This document shows, piece after piece, positions 36,098-46,619 of a DNA stretch of 48,584 bases. Source of the DNA: Vicugna vicugna. Its lineage: Eukaryota. The DNA lies in contig MU058259.1 in NCBI GenBank assembly GCA_013265495.1, forward strand, positions 390,437-439,020, read 5' to 3'. The translations under genes and the position numbers were made by a program. Numbering within the stretch: the first letter of the stretch is position 1; each line of letters starts with the position of its first letter. Below the pieces are notes generated by a model that worked only from the letters and a program-made list of their open reading frames with translations, did no database searches and was not told where the DNA came from.

Positions 36098-36121
36098 GCT
36101 GAGTGGCATCAGAGCCGAGTG

Positions 36122-37711
36122 ATGGACGACCTGCAGTCCCAGAACCTCTCCATGGACATGACCGACTCCTCTCCCACCTTGACCAATAACAGACTGGAGA
36201 ATGGCATGGCCCAGCTGATCACCACTGAGGCCTGGAACATCAACTCCACCGACCTGGTAAAGAAGGCCCTGGTGACCGTGCCGGCCCCATCCATTCTGAA
36301 CCCCCCGGCCGAGTCCCAGAGCGGCGTGGCCCTGAAGGTGGCGGCCACCGTGCTGCAGCCCCTGTGCCTCGGGGAGAGCTCAGTGGTGATGCCCATTCAC
36401 ATGCAGGTGGAGGGAAGCTCCGCGCCCGAGCTCAACCCTAACGGCAATGCCACCTACGTCATGACCACACAGGGCCCCGTGCAGCTGCCAGTGGTGCTGG
36501 AGCAGCACGTCTTCCAGCACCTCAACTCCCCCCTGGTCCTGCCGCAGGAGGCCCCGTGTTCCTCCAACGCCATCCACAACAACCTCTTCCAGGGAGCCGA
36601 GGACCCCGAGGCCCAGCCGCAGCTCCTAGACCTGAGGATCCCCAGCCAGCCGCAGGAGCCCACCTTGCCGTTTGAAGCTGTGCTCCAGAATCTGTTCCCC
36701 TCGCAGGGTGCTCTTGGCCCCCCACCCTGTCCGCCTCCTCCGGGATATGCCCCTGTGCCCCCCCAACCCTTTAACTCCCCACTGTCCCCCCTGGTCCCGC
36801 CGGCCACACTCCTGGTGCCCTACCCTGTGATCGTCCCCTTGCCTGTACCGGTCCCTATCCCCATCCCCATCCCAGTGCCTCAGAGTTCTGAATCCAAGTT
36901 CAGTTCCAGTTTCCCCAAGCCACCATCTTCCTTCGGCTTGCACCCCTTTAAAGGCACGCAGCCCCCTCTACAAAAGGAGGAACTGAAGCCCTTCGACATC
37001 CTCCAGCCGAGGGAGTACTTCCAGCTCAGCCGCCACACAGTCATCAAGATGGGGAGTGAGAACGAGGCCCTGGATCTCTCCATGAAGTCGGTGCCCTGGC
37101 TCAAGGCTGGTGAAGTCAGCCCCCCGATCTGCCAGGAAGATGCAGCCCTGGACCTGTCACTGGCGACCCACCGGAAATCTGAGCCTCCCCCTGAGACTTT
37201 ATATAACAGCAGCGGGTCAGTGGACAGCCCAGGTCACACTGTGATGGAGAAACTTCCCAGTGGTGTGGAAATGCCCTTTGCCCCTGCTGCGCCCCACGAG
37301 GCCTCAGCCATGATGGATACTCATGTGGGTGGCAGCAACACCACTGAGCCGCCTAGCCAGCCCAGCCAGCCCAGTGGTGAGGTCAAGGCTGAAAATAACA
37401 TTGAGATTGTGAGCGAGTCCCAGGCGGCCAAGGTCATCGTCTCTGTGGAAGACACTGTGCCTACCATCTTCTGTGGCAAGATCAAAGGCCTCTCGGGGGT
37501 GTCCACCAAAAACTTCTCCTTCAAAAGAGAAGACTCCATGCTTCAGGGCTACGACATCCACAGCCAAGGAGAAGAATCCATGGGAAACACGGAGTCCCTT
37601 AGGAAACCCATCAAAAACCGGAGCATAAAGTTAAAGAAAGTGAACTCCCAGGAAATACACATGCTCCCAATCAAAAAACAACGGCTGGCCACCTTTTTTC
37701 CAAGAAAGTGA
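36122..37711 (+). CDS. RAI2: Retinoic acid-induced protein 2 (RAI2), 529 aa, whole CDS in one exon
   Basis: The ORF reads MDDLQSQNLSMDMTDS...KKQRLATFFPRK, recognised as RAI2. It has a Pro-rich region (aa 200-253) and two ALDLS CtBP-binding motifs (aa 316-320, 342-346). The ATG has a good Kozak context (gtgATGG) and lies 24 nt after a splice acceptor. Confidence 0.97.
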   Translation: MDDLQSQNLSMDMTDSSPTLTNNRLENGMAQLITTEAWNINSTDLVKKALVTVPAPSILNPPAESQSGVALKVAATVLQPLCLGESSVVMPIHMQVEGSSAPELNPNGNATYVMTTQGPVQLPVVLEQHVFQHLNSPLVLPQEAPCSSNAIHNNLFQGAEDPEAQPQLLDLRIPSQPQEPTLPFEAVLQNLFPSQGALGPPPCPPPPGYAPVPPQPFNSPLSPLVPPATLLVPYPVIVPLPVPVPIPIPIPVPQSSESKFSSSFPKPPSSFGLHPFKGTQPPLQKEELKPFDILQPREYFQLSRHTVIKMGSENEALDLSMKSVPWLKAGEVSPPICQEDAALDLSLATHRKSEPPPETLYNSSGSVDSPGHTVMEKLPSGVEMPFAPAAPHEASAMMDTHVGGSNTTEPPSQPSQPSGEVKAENNIEIVSESQAAKVIVSVEDTVPTIFCGKIKGLSGVSTKNFSFKREDSMLQGYDIHSQGEESMGNTESLRKPIKNRSIKLKKVNSQEIHMLPIKKQRLATFFPRK

Positions 37712-38080
37712 ATAATGGCTTTTTAAAATTTTTATGATTATAATATGGGGAAAGGTGCATTGGTTTTATAAAAAGGCATTTAAAACAAATTATCTTTGTT
37801 AATTATTTTGGGGAGTAGTTGGGGAGTGGGAAGGTGAATTGGCTCTAAAGGCCCTGTAAGCTAGTATCATTTTCTTTTTTAATTTTTGACTTTTCACAAA
37901 TGATTAAATAAGAGCAACCTATTTTTCAAGCAGATTGCACATTTTTTGCAGCTTTAATGGAACATTGGGTGAATCAGAGGGGTAAAAAAGCTATTTTCAT
38001 TGCCACAAAGTGCTTTGATGATGTAATACCTAATAAAGGGTAGGATGAATACTTCACAATAAATGTTTGTTTGCACTAAT
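37712..38080 (+). other. RAI2: RAI2 3' UTR (short, U/A-rich; end approximate)
   Basis: Composition switches abruptly to AT-rich after the TGA and the segment ends at tandem AATAAA hexamers. Confidence 0.8.
38032..38063 (+). terminator. RAI2: Tandem polyadenylation signals AATAAA (38032-38037, 38058-38063)
   Basis: Two canonical hexamers about 320-350 nt after the stop, with TGTA upstream (38022) and GT-rich tgtttgtttg downstream. Confidence 0.82.
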
Positions 38081-38694
38081 TGGTCACAGTATTCTATCAT
38101 TTATGAGATTTGCATTCCTTAACTGACATGGTTTGACCAAAACTGTCACTGTAAAGCGCTACAAGTTCTGTGTCGAGAGACCTAAGCTCTTCAGGCATCT
38201 TGGGCAGAGAAGAATCACATTGGCCTGTGCCCTCAGAAGAGGAGGACAAGGAACAGGTATGACCTTGAGTGAGTCCCTTCCCCTTCTGGCCTTTTTCTTC
38301 ATTTGTAAAAATGTAGCAAAGAGAGAGGGTGGGGAGGTGAGCCTCAGGTACCCAAGACCCCCTCCAGTTCACATAGACCCTGGATGTGCCAAAATCTGTG
38401 TCTGAAACCTTACATAGACTAAAACAGACAAATGGCTCTTGAGGAAAATTTATCTGCTTCCTCCCCTCGCTGCTTCCAGAATTTAGCTGGAAGGACTTTC
38501 ATTTTAAGGGCAGTAGGAGTATTGTTCTCAATGACTGGAAGTCTTGCAGGTCAAAGTATTACCCAAGGCCACTCAGAACAAGAGGAAGATTTGGTGGATT
38601 AGGAGGTGTCTCATAAGAGTTCCCAAACCTGGGTAGAGATGTTTGGGAGTAGGGTTTTGTAGGGAAGAGAAAGCAATTCTTTGTTGGTTTAGCC

Positions 38695-38910
38695 CAGTGG
38701 TTCTCAACTGGGGGTGAGTATGCCCTCCAGGGAGTATCTGGCGACGCCTGGGGACACTTGGGGTTGCCACAGCTGGAAGAGGGGGTGCCACTGGTCTCTG
38801 GTGGGTAGAGACCGGGACGCTGCCGAACATCCCACCACGCACAGGGCAGCCCCCACAGCACAGAATGATCCAACCCCAGTGTCAGCAGGGCCGAGGCTGA
38901 GAACCCATGA
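38695..38910 (+). mobile_element. MER20, full-length
   Basis: cagtggttctcaactgggggtga...gtgggtagagaccgggacgctgccgaacatcc...gccgaggctgagaaccc. Confidence 0.9.
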
Positions 38911-41900
38911 TGAAACCATTTCTCGATGGACAGGAGACACGCACCTGGGTGAAGAGGACAGCGGATCACTCTTCTCGACAGCACAAAGCCACCCGCACCA
39001 ATCAGTAACTGTGAGTGTACATTTAACATAGATCTGCCAGGTGGCCCAGCACACTGGGGTCTGAAGCGGTGCTGACAAGAGATTGATTACGCCATGCCTG
39101 CTTTTAAACTTAAAATGCTTTCTTTCACTTCTTGCAATTAGTATGTATCCAGCTGTTAACTGTGAACACAGACAGGAGGGAAACCAGTTGCGAGACTGGG
39201 GTTTTTTCTTGTTTTTTGTTTTGTTTTGTTTTGTTTTTATCACCAGGCCCTCTGTGGATAGGGTTACAGTTTTAGCTGGTCCTGTACCGTACACCCAGAA
39301 TGGATTTTCTTTTTCCTGCTCTTTGCCTGTGTTGTTAAAATTTCTTTTTCAAAGTGTGACAAGATGGTAAATAAGCAAGTAGTTGTTTCTCATGAGGCTG
39401 ACTGGTTCCATTCCCTCGCACCAACCCGATCCCATCCTTTCAGCTGCTATGTGCTGCAGTCTTTTTCCATTTTTACTCCCATAGTGGGTTTTTGGCCATG
39501 TTTCCTGAGCCTGACATGTGTAATTCCAGTTTCCAGTACAACCAACGCAAATGTGCCTAGGGACTAGCATTTCCCCTTCAGCGGATGTCTTTTTCTCTTC
39601 ATGTTTGGGGCTGTTTCTGCTGCCCCTGCAGTGCCAGGCAGCCTTTCTACATCAGCCAGCAGGGACCCCACCTTCACAGTGTACTGGGAAAAGCGGCTTC
39701 TTATCTGGCTTTGAGGGAACAGAATTCTCCATTTGCCCTTTAGAAGCAAGTGCTTAAAGCTGAATGACGTATAGGTAGAAAGGAAAGCATCTGTAGCCTG
39801 TAATCACATTATGCACATCAAGCTGCAAATTTCTCTGTGTTGTATCTGGAGATGCCCTTTTCTCTTTGGATGTCGGCTCTGGTTGGGTGGGAAATGCTGG
39901 CTCCACCGCCATCCCTGGGTGTTGAGCCACCGTAGGCCAGCCCCCCACCCCGGCCCCAGAACAGGCTGCTTCTCCCACCCCAGCCACACCCATCCGTGAG
40001 CCTTGCCAGGCGTTGTCCTCGCTGGGGTCTTTGGAGAGAGGCCTCACGGTGGGGACTGGCTGTCGCGTTGGGAGACACAGAGTGTTGTGTTGGGACCAGG
40101 GTTGTGCTACTGGGGGCAGTAACCCCCTCTGCCTGCCCCCCTTGCCAGCCTTTGATGGAAACCAGAATCTACTGGGCCAGGGATTCAGGATAAGTGCAAA
40201 GGACATGCTGCTGCAGCCAGAGCAAGCCTAGGGTTCCCTGGTGGCTCATTTCCACACTCTCTTCCTAGTCAGGAGTTTGCAGCCTTTCACACAAACCTTA
40301 AGTAAGAACCATCATCCTGGAACCGTGGTTCCTGATCTGAGGCACATGACACCCCAGGGCGCATAGGCCCGTCAGACTCTCAGGCCCCATCATTGTTCTG
40401 CTGGAGTCCACAAGCCATTCTCTCCCCGGCCTCACTGCTGTTGCCAGCCAACCTACTGCCAGCTTTCAGCCAGGCAGGATTTCCATCAGGCTTTTTGCTC
40501 ATGACTTAATTTCCCCTCTCTTCTCAAAAACATGTTTTGGCCAACTAGCCTGAAGAACAGCTTTTCAGAGTCTTTTAGAAAATATAATTAGTTCCCAGGA
40601 ATGTTGATATTTACTCAGACTTGTCAAGATGGCTTCAGTTGGCTTCAGTTCAGAAATGATAAAAAATTGGAACAAATTACAAAGATCCGTATTTAGGGGT
40701 GGTGTTCCTCCTGGTAAGGTAAAACCTAGTTGGTCTAGAGGGAAAAAAAAGAAAGATTTAAAGAGGATACAGTTACTGCCCTAACCAAGGAAGTCCTTGA
40801 CAGTGAGTAGAAAATTTTAAAGTGAGGTCAAAGATTTGTTTAGATTCAGAGGCAAAACTCTCACACTTTAAGCATGAAAAAATATGTCTGCAATGATGAA
40901 AACCCCAAACTCCAAAAAGAAGGAAGGAGGGAAGTGGGGAAGGTTGCCAATTCCTGAGAGACTATGTCAATATAGTCATTATCTTTATAAGTAGCCTAAT
41001 TAATAAAACAAAGCAGGAAAGGATTTAGATTTCACTTTACAAGTGAGAAAATAGAGGCTCAGAAGAGTTTTCTACTTCCAGTTTTTAAAGCAACAACAAC
41101 TCAAAAATATGTACTTTGCAATGATTCTTAAATATTGGGTTTGAAGCCCAATGAACCCACAGGAATTTGGATCCTTTGGGGACAAAAAACCAGTACGAAT
41201 TAGTGAAGGGTCGGAATTACAGATTTTTTTCCAATTATTTTCAAGACCATTCCAGTTAACTGGAATGCCCAGAGCACTTGGCACAATGGTAAAGGGGAGA
41301 TTTCAAGCTGAGGGTGAGGATGCCAAGCCTCTAAAAGCCACACTCAAAAGCTGCTAAGCTGAAAACTTTAACAGCAGGGGAAAAAGCGTTAGAGATCCTT
41401 CTGGCTGACTTTACTCCTCGTTAAATAAAAAAAGGCAATTTTCCAGAACAGCTCACTACCACCAGGTCAAATAACTAACCTCCCACGTCAGGGGAACAAA
41501 ATAGAGTGTATCTGAGGTCTTTAGGGTGGCATTTTAATAAATTGAGATTTTATTTTAATGCACAAATTGGTTATTTTGTAGTACGTAATATATATGAGTA
41601 CTTGAAAGAACTAGTTCCAAAATACTGCAAATAATCCATCTGCAACTGTTATTAGACCAGGGGATTTTCACGCAAAGTGAGATTTTTTTAGGCCTGCTCT
41701 GCCAAAATTATGAACAAGTTCAAGTTAAAGGAGATGAACTGTTGAGGTTTACCATATTAACCCGACTCGGAGGTTATTTTCCATCCAACTATATTCTATA
41801 TAGACAGGCAAATAAAAGTGTAGGCTCGCACTGCAGATAATGATGATAAAGGTCACCTGGAGCCTGTCCTCCACCTGCTAAATCATTTCTTTACAAATGT

Positions 41901-42140
41901 AAGTTTTGATAACCCAGTCAATTAGTCGGAATGCCATGAGACCCTTTCCATCGGTAGTGCGTGCTGCCAGTTCTGAATGGTGTCAGGAATTCAGTTTTAT
42001 TTATAACTCTTCAAATAAGGAACTTGAAAAGATTTTTTCAATGCAGAAATTTTCATTAGGACACATTTCAAGCCATATTAAGAACCACCACAATGAACAG
42101 ACCAGATTCTTTGAGAGGAGGGACTGAATCTTATGTATCT

Positions 42141-42361
42141 CAAGGTCTCTCCACCTCGGCACTACTGGCATCTGGGGCTGGGTGGTTCTCTGCTGTGGGC
42201 GCTGTCCTGTGCATGGTAGGGTGTTCTAGCAGCTCCTCTGGTCTCTACCCGTGAGATGCCAGTAGCACCCCTCCCCCTGCCCCAATTGTGACAACAAAAA
42301 TGTCTCCAGACATTGCCAAGAGTCCCCTGGGGGAAAAGTCACCCCTGGCTGAGAACTACTA
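42141..42361 (-). mobile_element. MER20, inserted in an L2 3' end
   Basis: ctgtcctgtgcatggtagggtgtt...gtgacaacaaaaatgtctccagacattgcca...ggctgagaac, with L2-like flanks at about 42100-42140 and 42362-42430. Confidence 0.88.
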
Positions 42362-44505
42362 CTGTGTCTCTAGGGTCTGTCTTAACACCTGGACCACAGC
42401 AGGAGCTCAAAATTCTTTGAAGAATGAATTTAATCAAGAAACAGAGAGCGTAGCTCTGGTCTCTGGTGCCCTACTCGTATTTTCTGGTTTACTAACTCGA
42501 GGCTGATCTGACTAGGAAACTATTACTGGGAACCTCCATTCATCCATCCAAAGGGCCATCACTCATCCAGCATATAACAGGGCCTTCTAGAAGTTTCTCC
42601 CTAGTAAACAGGGTTCAGCAAGACTACTCCCCCTCAGAGAAAGGTGAGGCACTCACTCAGCCAGTTCTGAAAGGTTACCTCATGATTTTACCCACACCAT
42701 GAAACTGGAAGGACCCATTATCCAAAACTCACCCCATGATGACTGTTCATCAGTCTTATTTCCAAGAGCAGCATGACCCAGGAATTTACAAACACAGCCA
42801 AGAAGTTGGGTGTGTTTTTTCCCCCTCATGTTTTACCTAAATCCTTGCTGTAATCAAGCCCAGTTTTTTGTTTGTCCTTAATGGAAACGAAGGCCAAATC
42901 TCCTTTTAGTAGTTTCCTATTTAAACACCAGATCTTTTCGCAGCCTCCTTCCCTTCCCATCTCCTCTCGTACTCTCTCAGCTCCTACTTTATACTCCCTT
43001 TTTCACCTTGGCTGCTCTTTCCCCAGTTTCCCCATCATATGGTCTAACGACCTCTGAACTCAGAATTAGGGGACCAGTTTCCCAGCCATCATTCCCTCCT
43101 CTGGAAGGGAAGCTGGGCCCCCTCTGGCAAAACAGTCAAGGATCCAAGGCTCCATCCCAGCACCATCCTCGCAATGCAGAAACTCAGCCCCTGATTACAG
43201 AATGTCAGCAGGTGTTAGCCCCCCACGTGGCCACAATGGCACTGGAGACAATTGAAGTGTTGAAGTGCCCCAGGGAATTCAGTCTTCCTTGAGGCCAGAC
43301 CAACACTCGAGTTAACAGTTTTTTTTGTTAACAAGCAATTTTTTTCCTAAATGCAGCTTTATGATTTCAAGTACTGCACTCATGGCAACCAGCTAACAAG
43401 GTCTTGCCTGGCAGAAGTCCTTGGGGGAATCGTCTTAACACAGGGATAACATTGTTTGTAAAGAGGGTATCAACTCTTTGTAAGTGAATGGTGCTCCTAA
43501 GGTACTTGAGAGTGGGTGAGAACAGTCTGTTTTCTTTGTGTGGCTGGGGAATGCCACCAGGCAGGCAGTGGGCGAACCAGATAATGGACGGCTAATTCTT
43601 TAAGCTCCGAGACCTTTTATTGCAACTGTTTTCAATGGGAATCTTTTCAAAATGCATCAAGCATCTGGCAGAGGAAACCCTTCCTTGACTCGGTCATTGT
43701 TCTGGCATTGCTGCCTGGCCTGGGCTGGAAGGCCACGATGCCCCCAGGCCGCCAGGGAAGGAGAGCTGTTTGTCTCCAGCAGTGCTGACTCTCTGGTCCC
43801 CAGCACCCCCTCCAGGCTGGTGCCTCTCTTCTTTTTCATTCAAAACAAATCTTTCCCAAATGTGTCCCTTCTCAGTGTCCATGACAGCAGGGGATCCTGG
43901 ACAACAACTGCTGGCCAACTGGTTCTCATCCATAAGCTGACCCATAGCAGGAAAGGTCCCCACTCCCTTAGCAAGTGTCTCCTCTCCATCCTGCAAGGCC
44001 CTGCCCCGGTGCTGCCTCTGGGAAGATATCCCCAGCGCCTTTCTTCCCTCTCCGTGCTCCCCTGAGCCCCACTGCAGGGGAGTGACACTGCTAGGGAAGG
44101 CTCTCCAAGTAGAAGTGGCTGCCCGGTCCTCAGCTCTTGGCCCACAGCGGCGCGGTGCAGAGGAGCCTGGAGAGCCTCGACAAGTGCTTACTGAGTTGAA
44201 ACAGAGTGCCTTCTTCACTCTTTACCACTTCGTGGCTCTGGGGGCCCCTGCCCTGGGCTTGGCTACTGTCAGGCCCTTCGGCTTTGGGCCTGACCTGGAT
44301 CTTGATTGAAGATGATCTGTGCAAGCCCGAGACCAACAGGGCTTTGTGTTTTAGACGTGCGCTCCCTGCCCCCTCGCCCTCCACCTGTTTATTTACTCTT
44401 TACACTGTCTCTTGTTGCCACTGTGAAGGTTAAAATCCCGCAGAGCCCGCTTGAGACACTGCAAATTTCCGAATTAATGAAGTTTTAATCAATGTTTCAC
44501 TGAAG

Positions 44506-44662
44506 TTCCTTCTTTCTCCCTCCCTCCTTCCCTCTCCCTCCTTCCCTCTCTTTCCTTCCTCCCTTTCTTTCTTCCTCCCTTTCTTTCTTTCTTCCCTTTC
44601 TTCCTTCCTTTCTCCCTCCCTCTCTTTCTTTATTTCCCTTTTCTTTTTCTTTTTCTTTTTTT
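44506..44662. repeat. Polypyrimidine tract of about 157 nt
   Basis: Only C and T except one A at 44632. Confidence 0.95.
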
Positions 44663-44759
44663 TAAATTCCAGCAGTGCTGCCTCTGTGGAATTTTCCAAG
44701 TGACAATAATTACGCAGGGAGCCCTGGCTGCCTCTCCAACCTCACCTTCCTGGCCCTGC

Positions 44760-46010
44760 AGAGCTGGGGGGTGCTGGTACCTGCGTCTCCCTCCTTAGAT
44801 TTCCAGACACACCTCATCCTCATCCTCTTGTCACTTTCGCTGCCTCTTCCTTTGGCCCCTCCCCAGATGCTGATGCTGACGCTCCCCATCTTTCTCCCTC
44901 CACCCTCCATCGCTGACTCTGTTCTGGGCCCAGAGCTCTTCCTGTTCCTGCGCTCTCCGGCGGTGACCTCAACCTTCTCCTAGTTGTTTCCAACATCTTT
45001 ATTGTGTTTATGCCTCCATCTCTAACCCCGACTTCTCCTTCTTTCCATCCCTTTTCATTCTCTCTCTCCCTCCAAACTCAGATACCCAAGGTCCAACCTG
45101 CCATCTTCACAGGGAGGTCCTAGAGGTACCTCAGGCTCATCCTCTGCCAAACTTAACTCAGCATCTCCCTTCCTCCCCCTTGGCCCAGACCCCACCATGC
45201 TGCCCTGCTCTACTGCCACCCTCTTCCTGGTTGCCCAGTGGGAAACGTGGACGTGTCCTCCACGACTCCTCCCTCACCTTCACCTCCCGCGTGCCCTGTC
45301 TTGCTGACCTTGCCTCCTCGGGATTCCTCAAGTCCATCATTCATTTCCTCCACACTTCCTGTCCTTGACTCAGCCCACATCACCCTTTGCCTCAACTTTG
45401 GAAATGGCCTCAGAACTGGGTAAGCCCGAGCCTCCATTTTCAGCCCCCGCCCCAGATCTCTCTTTTATACTTTCACTGGAATAGTTTTGGTAAAAATCAA
45501 GTCTGACCATGTCATCCTGCTGCATAAAAGCGTTTGGTGTTGGATGCACCCCGCTACCCCGCTGAGGCCTCCCATGCCAGGCCTCCTGAGATCGGCCCCA
45601 GACCACCTCTGTGGCTGGAGCTCCGAGCGTCACCCTCACGTGTAAGCTCCAGGAATACGGAAGGTTGACGGTCCCCAGCACAAACCTCCGTGGTTCTACT
45701 CTTGAGTGCCCTGTCACTCTTTCCCCACCTTCTTACTCTGTCTAATCCTTTAAGATTTAGCTCCAAACAACACCTCCTTCAGAAAGCTTTCCACGATTGC
45801 TCTAGCAATAGCTAAGGGCCGTCTCCTGCCCTCCCACAGTGACACATGCATAAGAATATCGTCTTGTCCGCTTCATTTGATTGGAAATATGCCTCTGTCC
45901 ACCCCACTACACCATAAACTAGAGCCAGGGTCAAGGCCACTGCATGTCATATGCCTAGCACAGTGCTTGGCATTTAGGGGACCCTCAACAAATGTGTGTG
46001 GACTGAACTG
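44760..46010 (+). mobile_element. Long degraded L2 3' region
   Basis: aaatcaagtctgaccatgtc...taatcctttaagatttagctccaaacaacacctccttcagaaagctttcc...tgcctagcacagtgcttggca...ctcaacaaatgtgtgtggactgaa. Confidence 0.8.
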
Positions 46011-46224
46011 AGCCCTTCTTAAACGGATCAGTACAGCCTGTGGAAATCCAGATATACAGAAATATCTGCAATCTATAATTCACTTTGTAAAAAAAAAGAT
46101 GTACTGATGGATTCTTTTAAAGCATATGGTTCCCAATGCTTCAAAAGAAGGTGGATTCTTCAAATGTGGTTTCTGCACTCTTCTAGAAATATACTTAGGA
46201 CATACGGCAATCCATAGTTAAAAT

Positions 46225-46430
46225 CTCATCAGTGGTGTATAAGGAAAATGTTTTGGCATGTACCTTCTCAGACTTTGTGGATTTATTTGTAAGTTACAGG
46301 CATGGACCATAAAAGCATAGATTATAAAATATGTGCAAAAGTCAAAATTTTCAAAGAATGAAACAAATATAAAGAGGTTCAATATTTTCTTTCTTCACCC
46401 CAGTTCATCATCTTATGTACCCCACTGGGT
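46225..46430 (-). mobile_element. hAT-Charlie MITE (Charlie15-like)
   Basis: aaaatatgtgcaaaag...aatattttctttcttcaccccagt...tcttatgtacccc. Confidence 0.45.
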
Positions 46431-46619
46431 TATCATGAAATGAAAATATTCTAAACCTTTCAGCTGAATGAATGAACCTTTAAATCCAGGCAATGCTCTG
46501 TCTTGAAATGTGGAAAATACCCAGGCACAAGATGTTTCTGTATCAGCATTAGGAACAGTTGGTGTCACTACACCTGTGACACAGGGGGTGACTGGGGACC
46601 CTGGGTTGAAGTTAGTACC

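Noticed and set aside
36080..36121. 14-aa N-terminal extension (MCSVLQ...) in the 543-aa ORF call
   Set aside because: It starts at a non-ATG codon inside the intron and crosses the splice acceptor at 36097; the real start is ATG 36122.
36109..37567. Several antisense ORFs overlapping RAI2
   Set aside because: They are shadow ORFs caused by the high GC content of the sense CDS and resemble no known protein.
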